A DNA stretch of 64,000 nucleotides, taken from positions 60,842-124,841 of the forward strand of contig JAGWLG010000007.1 in NCBI GenBank assembly GCA_028864975.1, written 5' to 3'. The notes under the pieces were generated by a model. The model was not told the DNA's origin, searched no databases, and saw nothing but the letters and a program-made list of their open reading frames with translations. Below, piece after piece: positions 17,960 to 26,571 of the stretch. Source of the stretch: Thermoplasmata archaeon (GTDB taxonomy: Archaea; Thermoplasmatota; Thermoplasmata; Lutacidiplasmatales; UBA184). Made by a program: the position numbers and the translations under genes. The first letter of the stretch is position 1; every line of letters starts with the position of its first letter.

Positions 17960-19633
17960 TTGGCGACCTCGCACGTGGCCACCTCCTCCCCTCCCCCGAA
18001 GGACGTTCTCGACCGGATGGGGGGTCCTGAGGCGTTCGAGCTCCTTCGCGACCTTATCGCCCTCGACACGACCAACCTCGAGGACCCGGCCCACCACCGT
18101 GAGGAGAAGCGGCACTACGTCGAAGCGGCCCAGTTCCTCCAGAAGAAGGCCCAAGCCTTCGGGCTCAAGGCTCGCATCTGGGACGCGAGGGAAGAGCTCC
18201 CCCAGGGCCGTTCGAAGTTCCACGGCCCTCGGCCGAGCGTCATCGCCGATCTGGACCGGGGGAAGGCCTCGACCGTGCTCGTCCTCGCCCACCTGGACGT
18301 GGTCCCGGTCCCCGACGAACAGCTCTCGCGCTGGCAGAGCCCCCCGCACGAGCTCACCTACCGCGCGGGGCTAGGGCGGCTCTTCGGCCGCGGATCGAAC
18401 GATGACCTGGGGAGCGGCGTTCTCTCCTCCCTGTTCGCGCTACGGGCGCTCGCGACCACGAAGGACCTCCCGGTCAACGTACGGTTGCTGATCTGTCCCG
18501 ACGAGGAGACGGGCGGAGCTGGGGGGATCGAAGCGATCGCGGAGCATGACCAAGCGCTCCCTCCGAACGACCCGAAGCGTCTCCTCAGAGGGGAGCTCGC
18601 GCTCATCCCGGATGGCGCTCCCTATGTCGCCGCGGGGTGCAGCGGCGTGGCCTTCATCGACCTGGGCATGGACGGTTCCGTTCCGCTCCAGGACCACCTC
18701 GCTCTGGGGGACGGCGTGCTCGGGTTCGAGCCCACCGCTCGGAGCTGGGTCTCTCGGCTGCCTTCCCCGGACCACCCGGACCACGGGGCCCCCGACGCGC
18801 ACATCACCGGCCGGGCGACGCTCACGAAGATGGACCTCGGAGCCGACCCCGACGGGGTCCGAAGCGCGCGTCCCTCCCTCCGCCGGGCCCATGCGGAGAG
18901 CGATGCGGCCAATCAGATCTCGGAGGCGGTGACCCTTTCGTTCTCAGGAGAGCCTTCCAAGCTCGACGACCTGCTCTCCTTCCTCGAGAAACACGTCGTC
19001 GAACCGTACCGACTGGTCGTCCTGGGCGACCAGCACGGGGCAAGCAAGAGCGCAGGAACGCTCGAGCTGCGGGTCATCGGACGCGCGGGACACGCGGGGT
19101 ACCCCCACAAGGCCGCGAACCCCGTCCCCGTCACGGTCGGGTTGTTGCTGGCTTCCTGCCGGGAGGGCGTCCTCGAAGGAGAGACACGGACCACAGGGGG
19201 CTACACCCTGGACCTTCGATCCCCGCCCGAGATGCCGTCGGAGGACGTGATCGCGCTCTTCGACAACCGGTTCCGTCTGCTGAGGAGCGAGCTCCCCCGG
19301 GCCCGCTACGACGCACCGCTCGCTCGCCGCAGGAGCGGATACGCGCTGGAGGTCAACCATCCCGCTGTCCTCGCGGTCCGGCAGGCGTTCGAGGAGGTCG
19401 CGGGCGGAAGTGTCGGGGTCTTCGGCGAGTATGGAGGGACCGATGCGAGCGCGCTCCGCGACCTCACGACCCCCTCGGGCAAGCCCCTGCCGGCCATCGT
19501 GGTCGGGGCCATGGACCGAGATGCCCACATCCACGACGCCGAGGAGAGCGCCGATCCCCGCCTCTTGGGGATGGTCCAGAGGCTGCTCGTGCGGTGCATC
19601 GAGGCGGTCGAACCCCCGCCGTCCGCATCGTGA
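17960..19633 (+). CDS. M20/M25/M40 family metallopeptidase
   Basis: AHLDVVP, GRGSNDDLG, DEETGG, GGTDASA and IHDAEE motifs. Probable TTG start at 17960; the longer track ORF is a shadow extension. Confidence 0.88.
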   Translation: MATSHVATSSPPPKDVLDRMGGPEAFELLRDLIALDTTNLEDPAHHREEKRHYVEAAQFLQKKAQAFGLKARIWDAREELPQGRSKFHGPRPSVIADLDRGKASTVLVLAHLDVVPVPDEQLSRWQSPPHELTYRAGLGRLFGRGSNDDLGSGVLSSLFALRALATTKDLPVNVRLLICPDEETGGAGGIEAIAEHDQALPPNDPKRLLRGELALIPDGAPYVAAGCSGVAFIDLGMDGSVPLQDHLALGDGVLGFEPTARSWVSRLPSPDHPDHGAPDAHITGRATLTKMDLGADPDGVRSARPSLRRAHAESDAANQISEAVTLSFSGEPSKLDDLLSFLEKHVVEPYRLVVLGDQHGASKSAGTLELRVIGRAGHAGYPHKAANPVPVTVGLLLASCREGVLEGETRTTGGYTLDLRSPPEMPSEDVIALFDNRFRLLRSELPRARYDAPLARRRSGYALEVNHPAVLAVRQAFEEVAGGSVGVFGEYGGTDASALRDLTTPSGKPLPAIVVGAMDRDAHIHDAEESADPRLLGMVQRLLVRCIEAVEPPPSAS

Positions 19634-19655
19634 GCGCCGCGCCTCGGTGACTGCC

Positions 19656-19847
19656 CTACCCCTTGACCGGCGACGTGCAGCAGGCGCACCGCTCTTTCAT
19701 GCAGTCCCCGCGCCACGAGTGATTGCACTGTTTGCACGAGCAGTACGAGACGTAGGCGGACTTCGAGGCCGCGTGCTGGGCCTTGTACATGTCCTTCAAC
19801 ATCGCGTAGTACTGGACGTCGCGGAAGTTGTCCGGGCCCTCGGGCAT
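19656..19847 (-). CDS. Small cysteine-rich protein (63 aa)
   Basis: C-terminal CSCKQCNHSWRGDCMKERCACC with 7 Cys. Fits the intergenic gap exactly. Confidence 0.6.
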   Translation of the reverse strand: MPEGPDNFRDVQYYAMLKDMYKAQHAASKSAYVSYCSCKQCNHSWRGDCMKERCACCTSPVKG

Positions 19848-19905
19848 GACGGGCTAGCCCGACCACAGCGCGCTTTTCTCAGTTTCGCACGCGACGAGGG
19901 CGCCG

Positions 19906-22900
19906 CTAGTCCCAGGTCCAGCCGCAGAAAGAGCAGTGCTTCTGCTCGTCCAGCCAACGCCCACAGATCGAACAACGGTTCGAGGACTCGGGGAGACCGT
20001 CCGAGGTCAGCGGCGCGGGAGGCGACGCGCTTGGGGGGGCAGGAGCGGGCTCTCGTGGAGGCCCCCCATCGCTGGGGTGCATCGGCTCCGACGGTGAGGG
20101 AGGAGCAGGTGGTTCGAGGGGAGGAGATGCCGGGAGGCCCCCCTGGTCGAGCGGGAATGCGGGTGGTCCGACCGAAGACACGGCCGGGGGTGGTGGGGGA
20201 GGAGGCATGGCAGGGGCCGGTGCCGCCACGGGGGGCCAAGGTGAGGTCGGCGGGGGAAGTTCCGATGTGGGCGGAGGGGCGTCAGCCGGCGGAGGTCCCG
20301 GAGCGACTTCATCGCTCTGAGCCGGCGGCGGGGGCGCTCCCAAGTCCGCGCCCTGCGAGTCGGGGCTTGCAGGCGGAGGGGGAGCCCCGGCGAACGGGTA
20401 GTCTCCCGGAGGGAGCATGTCGGGGCCGCCAGTCCCTCCGTCCGGCAAAGGCTCGGGAGGTGCCGCCACGTTGGCCGGGGAGGGCGCGACCTCGTCGGGG
20501 TACGGCATGCCGCCGTACACCACCGCTCCTGCGGCCGCGCCCTCGGCCATGCCCATGAGCTGTTCTTCCTCGGGCGACCGCAGGTGCTTGCGCTTGTTGC
20601 GCCGCACCACCCCTAGCGCGAGGACCGACGCGACGACGAGGGCGATGACCAGGATCCACAGCCACCCGTAGCTCCCGAACAGTCCCCCCAAGATCCCCGG
20701 AGCCGGGGCGACCCGGACCTCGACCGAGGCGTTGGCCTGACGGCCCTGCCCGTCGGTGACGGTGATGTGGACCCAATAGGTGCCCGCAGAGGAGATGGAG
20801 CACGCCCCCCCTGTCCCGCGGACCTGCGTGGTCGAGCACCCGGGTGGGAGCCCACTGTAATTGTAGACCAGCCCGCCGCTTCCCCCCGTTGTGGTCGCTT
20901 GGAAGAGCACCGACGTTCCGACCGTGGAGTTCGCTGGGGTCGCCGTGAATGACGTGATGGCAGGGTCGGCGTGGACGGTCAGCGTGGCATTGTCGAAGGC
21001 GCTCGCCCCTGTCGCATCATGGACCATGACCTCCGTGGTGAAGGTTCCGGTCCGGGTGGCGTAGCAACTGAGCGAAGGTGTGTCCCCATTGAGGCAGCCC
21101 GGAGGCAGCGCGGGGTAGTCGTAGGAATAGGTGGAGGTCCCTCCCTGGATGCCGACCGTGAAGACGGTCGGAACGTGCAGGTCCACCACGGTGGGGGTCG
21201 CAGCGAACTGGACGATCTGCAGACGAGGGTTCACGTGGAGCGTGAGGTTCGCAAAGACGGCCCTCGACAGCTGGTCGACGACCTGGACCTCGATCGTGAA
21301 GTTCCCCGTGGTCGACGGAGTGCAGGAGAGGTGAGGGTTGTCGACGCTGGAGCACCCCGAAGGGGTGCCGGCGTACACGAAGGACAGCGGGGCCGTTCCC
21401 CCCGTGACGACGACGCTCGCGTTCAGAGCCTGACCCTCGTCAAGGGTGTTGGGAGCCCCGGCGTTGAACGATCCCGTGAAGGAGACCAGGACCAGGGCCG
21501 GGTAGACCTGGACGCTCACCGAGGCACCCTTCGAGGCGCCCGCGCTGTCGTTCACCCAGAACGAGACCGCATAGGTCCCGGCACCGAGGAACGCGTGGTT
21601 GACCGAGGAACCGGTCCCGCTCTGTCCGTCACCGAACTTCCATGCCGTCGTGTAGGCCGGGGTCCCCCCCCAGAAGGACGCGGAGAAGGCGACCGAGAGG
21701 CCGGCGTCCGTCACCGACGGGGTTCGCGTGAGCGATGGGGTCGATAGGGCGGGGTTCACCAGCATCGTGAGCGTGGAGCTCGCGGAGCCCCCGGCGGAAT
21801 CGTTGGCCCAGACCCTCACCGTGTAGTTACCACGCGCAGCGTAGGCGTGCGTTGCCGTGCTCCCGCTGCCGGGAGCGCTCCCGTCCCCGAACGCCCAGGC
21901 GTACGTGAGAGGGGCGGTGCCTCCAGTGCCGAGGGCGGTGAAGGCCACGGGAAGACCGACATCGGTGGTCGTCGGGCTCGCGGTTGCCCCGACGGTGGGC
22001 AAGGCGTTGACGACCACCACCACGGTGTTCGTCGCAGAAGCTCCCACGGAATCGTTGGCCCAGAAGTGTGCGGTGAAGGATCCCGCGGCGGTGTAGGGGT
22101 GCGTGGGATTCTGTGTCGAGCTCACGGGAGAGCCGTCGCCGAAGCTCCAGGCGTAAGTGAAGGGGGAGGTCCCTCCGGTCACCGCGCCCGAGAAGGTCAC
22201 GGGGATCCCCACGTCGGTTGGGCTGGGCGCGGCGGAGGGGGTCGCGACAGGTAGCGGGTTGATGGTGACCGCGGCCGTCGCCGTGGCACGGCCGCTCGCG
22301 GAGTCGTTGACCCAGAGCCATGCCGTGAAGGTCCCAGCCGTGTTGAACGTGTGGCTCGAAGTGGAGGACGCGGAGTTCCCCCCGTCGCCGTAGCGGACGG
22401 CGTAGGTGTAGGGGGTGGTCCCGCCCGCGGCCGTGGCCGAGAACAGAACCGACTTCCCCACGTCCGTGGCCGCCGGGAGGGCGCTCAGCGAGGCTGTGAG
22501 CGCAATGCTGCCCCCGTCGTACGACCAGCCGTCCGTCGTGTCTGCGAGGGCGGAGGAATCGTATCCGTCGAACTGCAGCGCGGTGCCGTCCGCGGGGTCG
22601 TCGCTAAGGTCGCCGGCTCCACGCACCGAAGGGGAGGTGGACGGGGTGATCTGGGTCCAGGCCCCCCCGCTGAAGGTCCACGTGTCGCCTAGGGAGTTCA
22701 GCGAGCTGTCAGACCCTCCGAAGAGCAAGACCGCCGAGATCGCGGAATCGTACGCCATCATGTTGGCGATGAAGGCGCGCTTTGCCGGAAGTCCCGAGGT
22801 GACCGAGGTCCAGCTGCCCCCGACGTACTTCCAGGTGTCGGCGAAGAAGGTCCCCGTGCTGAAGTCCTCTCCGCCGAACATGACCACGTAGCTGTCCGCG

Positions 22901-23769
22901 GCGTCGTAGGCCATGCCATCGCCGTAGCGTGCCGAGGGCCCCGTCGCGGCGGTCGAGGTCCACTGGCCCCCGGAGAAGGTCCACGTGTCGCTGTCCTCAC
23001 CCGACGCTCCGTATCCGCCGAAGAGAACGACATAGTTGTCGGCCTGATCGAAGGCCAGGCCGGCGTAGAACCGCGCGGTAGGGTGCGAGGTGGGCGAGAG
23101 TTGGGACCAGATGCCGCCCGAGAAGCTCCAGGTGTCCCCGTAGTAGGCCCCGCTCCAGTACTCGGTGCCCCCGAACAGCACGAGGTAGTTGTCCTTCGCG
23201 TCCCAGGTCATGGTGCTGTCGAAGCGAGAGGTGGGGCAGCCCGAGGCGCAGGCCGTGGCCGTGATGTTCGTCCACGTGCCGGTCTTGTAGGTCCAGGTAT
23301 CCATGGGTTCGGTGGCGGTGGAGTCGTAGAGCCCGCCGAACAGGACCACATACCCGTCCTTCGCGTCGTAGGCCATCGTGGCGCCTTCGCGGCCCAACGG
23401 CGCGCAGGGGGAGCAGACCGAGGTCCACGTCGGGCTGACCAGCGGCCCCGTAGGCGGGCTGAGGCTCTTCGTGGCCTCCGAGCAGGCGAGCGACGCGCTA
23501 CCGCCTCCCCCGCACGTCGGCACCGACGCTTGCCGGCGGTCGGGAAGGGCCGCCTCGTGCAGATGAAGTAGCCTTTCCGTAGCTTGCCCGACGTGGACGG
23601 CTCCGGTGGGTGCGACGTGCTCGGTGTCGGGACCCGACACATGGCCGAGAGCGCCGCCGGGAAGGATCAGAAGCGCGAGGAGCGACCCAACCAGGAGCCG
23701 AAGCGCGGTACCTTCGAGAGGGTACCGGCGTCCCTCGGTTCCCGGGGTCGTCGCGGACACTGGGAGCAA
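19906..23769 (-). CDS. Large cell-surface protein: Kelch-like propeller, PKD/Ig repeats, TM, Pro-rich tail, zinc ribbon
   Basis: Repeated R.GA.MAYDA.D.YVVLFGG...DTW units, several Y.W.FGDG PKD units, a TM followed by RRNKRK, poly-Pro, and terminal CSIC..CSFC. Confidence 0.92.
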   Translation of the reverse strand: MLPVSATTPGTEGRRYPLEGTALRLLVGSLLALLILPGGALGHVSGPDTEHVAPTGAVHVGQATERLLHLHEAALPDRRQASVPTCGGGGSASLACSEATKSLSPPTGPLVSPTWTSVCSPCAPLGREGATMAYDAKDGYVVLFGGLYDSTATEPMDTWTYKTGTWTNITATACASGCPTSRFDSTMTWDAKDNYLVLFGGTEYWSGAYYGDTWSFSGGIWSQLSPTSHPTARFYAGLAFDQADNYVVLFGGYGASGEDSDTWTFSGGQWTSTAATGPSARYGDGMAYDAADSYVVMFGGEDFSTGTFFADTWKYVGGSWTSVTSGLPAKRAFIANMMAYDSAISAVLLFGGSDSSLNSLGDTWTFSGGAWTQITPSTSPSVRGAGDLSDDPADGTALQFDGYDSSALADTTDGWSYDGGSIALTASLSALPAATDVGKSVLFSATAAGGTTPYTYAVRYGDGGNSASSTSSHTFNTAGTFTAWLWVNDSASGRATATAAVTINPLPVATPSAAPSPTDVGIPVTFSGAVTGGTSPFTYAWSFGDGSPVSSTQNPTHPYTAAGSFTAHFWANDSVGASATNTVVVVVNALPTVGATASPTTTDVGLPVAFTALGTGGTAPLTYAWAFGDGSAPGSGSTATHAYAARGNYTVRVWANDSAGGSASSTLTMLVNPALSTPSLTRTPSVTDAGLSVAFSASFWGGTPAYTTAWKFGDGQSGTGSSVNHAFLGAGTYAVSFWVNDSAGASKGASVSVQVYPALVLVSFTGSFNAGAPNTLDEGQALNASVVVTGGTAPLSFVYAGTPSGCSSVDNPHLSCTPSTTGNFTIEVQVVDQLSRAVFANLTLHVNPRLQIVQFAATPTVVDLHVPTVFTVGIQGGTSTYSYDYPALPPGCLNGDTPSLSCYATRTGTFTTEVMVHDATGASAFDNATLTVHADPAITSFTATPANSTVGTSVLFQATTTGGSGGLVYNYSGLPPGCSTTQVRGTGGACSISSAGTYWVHITVTDGQGRQANASVEVRVAPAPGILGGLFGSYGWLWILVIALVVASVLALGVVRRNKRKHLRSPEEEQLMGMAEGAAAGAVVYGGMPYPDEVAPSPANVAAPPEPLPDGGTGGPDMLPPGDYPFAGAPPPPASPDSQGADLGAPPPPAQSDEVAPGPPPADAPPPTSELPPPTSPWPPVAAPAPAMPPPPPPPAVSSVGPPAFPLDQGGLPASPPLEPPAPPSPSEPMHPSDGGPPREPAPAPPSASPPAPLTSDGLPESSNRCSICGRWLDEQKHCSFCGWTWD

Positions 23770-23908
23770 GCAACCGTCTGGGGGCTGAAGAACGTTTTGT
23801 TTTTGGACGGACTCATACGGATTTCGGAGTACTCCCCCCGATAGGGCCGCTTTCTCGGCCAGGTTCGACGCGCGGGGCCCCCAGCACGCGGCTGGTGGCG
23901 AGAGGCCC

Positions 23909-25087
23909 CTACGATTTTCGTGAGCGAACAGGCGTGTGTCCCCCTTCTACCTCTCCCTGCTCCTCCTCCGACCGAGGAGCATCCTCTTCCTCCCCTTTCT
24001 CCTGCTCCTTCTCTTCGCCCTTCTCGCCGTCCTTGGGCTCAGGCCGGGGACCCCATCTCGAGGTGTCGCGCGTGCCTTCGATGGTCACAGGAGATCCCGT
24101 AGCGTGCCGCCTCCTGCGGAGGAAGAACCATGTCCCGAAGCTGGTGGCCACGACGACCGCGGCGCCTCCGACGAGGAGGAGGGCACCCCGAACGTACGAG
24201 GAGGAGTTACCCTTCGTCGTGTTGCAGGAGGAGCAGGGTGGCGGGGACTTGGGCGGGGCAGGGCCGGTGGTGAAGGAAAAGTTGAGCGGCCCCGCCAGAT
24301 GGACGCCCTGGGCGCTCTCCACGCCCGTACTGATGTTCGCTAGGTAGGTCGTGTTCGGCAGGAACGGGTGCGTGTGCACCCAGTGGAACGTGAGCCCTCC
24401 CGCTCCGCCCAGTCCCCCGGCGACCGGCGGATAGATCGAGAAGTTCCCAGGGAGGCTCGCAGCGTCCATGACCACGTCGAACGACACCGTGACGTTTGCC
24501 CCGAGCGGCACGTTCGTTGAACCGGCGACCGGGCACAGGCCCGAGGGTTGCGGGGTCGCGTAGACATTGGAGAGCTCGGTGCTGAAGCTCGCCTGCCAGG
24601 GGGCCGATAACGGAGTCCCGGACGCGCCCTGAGCCGCCCGCGTCAACGTGAGGACGTAGGTGGTTCCGTAGCTCAGCGGCCCGGTCAGCGTCCAGTTCAG
24701 GTAGGAGCCCGTCACGCTCTCATGCGCTCCGGGCACCGAGGGCGAGACCGAGAACGCACCAAGCGTCGCAGGGGCGTTCATCGCCGTTGTGAACCCGACG
24801 GAAAGATTCGTCCACACGGGCCAGTTGGCCGTACAATTGGAGGGGAGCGAAGAGAGCACCGAAGGGCCCGGAGCCGCTTGGGGCCAGAGTGGATCGTCCA
24901 CCGCCTTGCCGCGGGAGGTCGATGGCTGGCTAGACGCCTGAGGGGAGGAATCCCCCTTGGCCATCGCCCCGAACGGCGTGGGCGCCAGGCTCAGGATCAA
25001 TGAAAGACCGAGGAAGAGGGCGACTGGGGATGGAACGCCTCGACCGCGAGCGAGGCGACGCAGGGCACGAGCGACCGTCCGTGGCAA
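23909..25087 (-). CDS. Membrane-anchored surface protein with two Ig-like (Big_5-type) domains
   Basis: Signal VALFLGLSLILSL, two V.F...M....F.I.P units, C-terminal TM and charged tail. Start uncertain (TTG 25087). Confidence 0.72.
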   Translation of the reverse strand: MPRTVARALRRLARGRGVPSPVALFLGLSLILSLAPTPFGAMAKGDSSPQASSQPSTSRGKAVDDPLWPQAAPGPSVLSSLPSNCTANWPVWTNLSVGFTTAMNAPATLGAFSVSPSVPGAHESVTGSYLNWTLTGPLSYGTTYVLTLTRAAQGASGTPLSAPWQASFSTELSNVYATPQPSGLCPVAGSTNVPLGANVTVSFDVVMDAASLPGNFSIYPPVAGGLGGAGGLTFHWVHTHPFLPNTTYLANISTGVESAQGVHLAGPLNFSFTTGPAPPKSPPPCSSCNTTKGNSSSYVRGALLLVGGAAVVVATSFGTWFFLRRRRHATGSPVTIEGTRDTSRWGPRPEPKDGEKGEEKEQEKGEEEDAPRSEEEQGEVEGGHTPVRSRKS

Positions 25088-25177
25088 CGGCCCGTCGCTC
25101 GAGCGACCCGGGGAGGTCTGCGTGGAGCGGACCAATGGACCTACCGAGATATAATCGACCCGGCGTAGACCCTTCTC

Positions 25178-25567
25178 GTGCCCGACCGCCGGTACAAGGG
25201 GTACCGCATCTATGCCTACATCGCGCTCGCGCGCCTGTTCGCCGAGCTGGACCTCGAGCTCCAGCAGCCTGACGTCGTCGCCCGGGCGCATGACGCCTTG
25301 ACGACGCTCACGACCCGGCTGAGCAAGGAGGAGATCCTGCATGCGATCCGGTCGAACTCGCACATGACCGAGAAGGTCCTGGAGTACCTCGTGGCGGAAG
25401 GGTTCGCCGAGGTCCGAAAGGACGAGAAGGGATACGACGTGAGGATCACTCCCGCGGGGGTCGAGCACCTCAAGCGGTACGATGCGTTCTACCGGGACTT
25501 GTATCGGCGGGAACTGCAGGACCACACGCGCTACGTACCGCGGCCGCACTATCTTGGCCCGGAGTAG
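25178..25567 (+). CDS. Winged helix-turn-helix protein
   Basis: SKEEILHAIRSNSHMTEKVLEYLVAEGFAEV...YDVRITPAGVEHL. GTG start. Confidence 0.75.
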   Translation: MPDRRYKGYRIYAYIALARLFAELDLELQQPDVVARAHDALTTLTTRLSKEEILHAIRSNSHMTEKVLEYLVAEGFAEVRKDEKGYDVRITPAGVEHLKRYDAFYRDLYRRELQDHTRYVPRPHYLGPE

Positions 25568-25639
25568 AGGGGAACCGGCGGTCCTCGAAACCGTGAGCGC
25601 GGGGGAACGGACGGTCCGCAGAGCCGCGGGTCCCTCGAC

Positions 25640-26461
25640 CTACGGGACGCCCACGACGACCGGCACGAACTCGTAGGTGCCGTCCGGGTTCTCGGTAACG
25701 ATCTCCGTGGAGACACGGTAGCTGTGGAGTCCCTTCCTCAGCACGGAGGGATGCCCGGTCGCGTACTCGTAGACCTCGTGCGAGAGGGGCGTGCCCTTCG
25801 GCCGGAGCAGCACGCAACGCGCGACCCTTCCCGGAAGCCTCCCCGCGATGGCCCGTAGGTCCACCTCCATTTGCTGGAGGTCGGAGAGCTGAACGGTCTC
25901 GGGCCCCACCCGTGCCAGCAGGACGAAGCCCGGGTTACCTCCTCCGGTCAGCCCCCAGCGAAATCCCCCCGGTTTGGCGATCGCGAGGTCGAACTTGACG
26001 TCCCGGCCCTTCACGGGCCAGGACTTCTGATAGCGCAGCCGGTCGGGGTTCTCCCGGAGCGCTTCCCCCACCTTTTCATTGGAGGTCGAGAAGTGGTGCG
26101 CCAGCCGCTCGATCGGGGTCCTTCCCTCCGGGATCTTGACGATGGGCTCCGCGTCCCGCACGAGGCGGATGGTCCGGTGCCGGGCCACGAAGCCCCGGAA
26201 GAAGCGATCGGTCTCACGGAGGAGGTAGAGCGCGAAGAGCCCTAGACCGAACCCGAGGAAGCCGATCAGGGCGAGCACGGCGTTCGTGCGGAGGCCGGTG
26301 ACCAGCACGATGAGCGTCAGGAAGGTCCAGAATAGCGCGATGACCATGTTGGCCCAGTACATCCGGCGGGCCGTGGGGGCCATCGCCGCCACCCGGTCGG
26401 AGAGGTCGAAGATCGCCGAGATCGGGTCCTCCACCCCGGGAGGAGCGGCGCTGCCGGCCAC
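25640..26461 (-). CDS. Hypothetical membrane protein (two TMs plus cytoplasmic alpha/beta domain)
   Basis: Two hydrophobic helices, then VKFDLAIAK...FVLLARV...RCVLLR strands. Confidence 0.75.
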   Translation of the reverse strand: MAGSAAPPGVEDPISAIFDLSDRVAAMAPTARRMYWANMVIALFWTFLTLIVLVTGLRTNAVLALIGFLGFGLGLFALYLLRETDRFFRGFVARHRTIRLVRDAEPIVKIPEGRTPIERLAHHFSTSNEKVGEALRENPDRLRYQKSWPVKGRDVKFDLAIAKPGGFRWGLTGGGNPGFVLLARVGPETVQLSDLQQMEVDLRAIAGRLPGRVARCVLLRPKGTPLSHEVYEYATGHPSVLRKGLHSYRVSTEIVTENPDGTYEFVPVVVGVP

Positions 26462-26571
26462 GGAAGGAACCCTCGGGTCCGCCTATTTGAAACCCCCCGA
26501 AAGATTCGACCGGCTACCAGGTGCGTAGGGTCCCATCCACCCCCCGGGGGTATCTGACCTCAGGTGGCCCC

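Noticed and set aside
25088-25549. N-terminal extension of the 546-aa surface protein ORF
   Set aside because: Antisense to the wHTH gene. The signal peptide appears only after about 25087.
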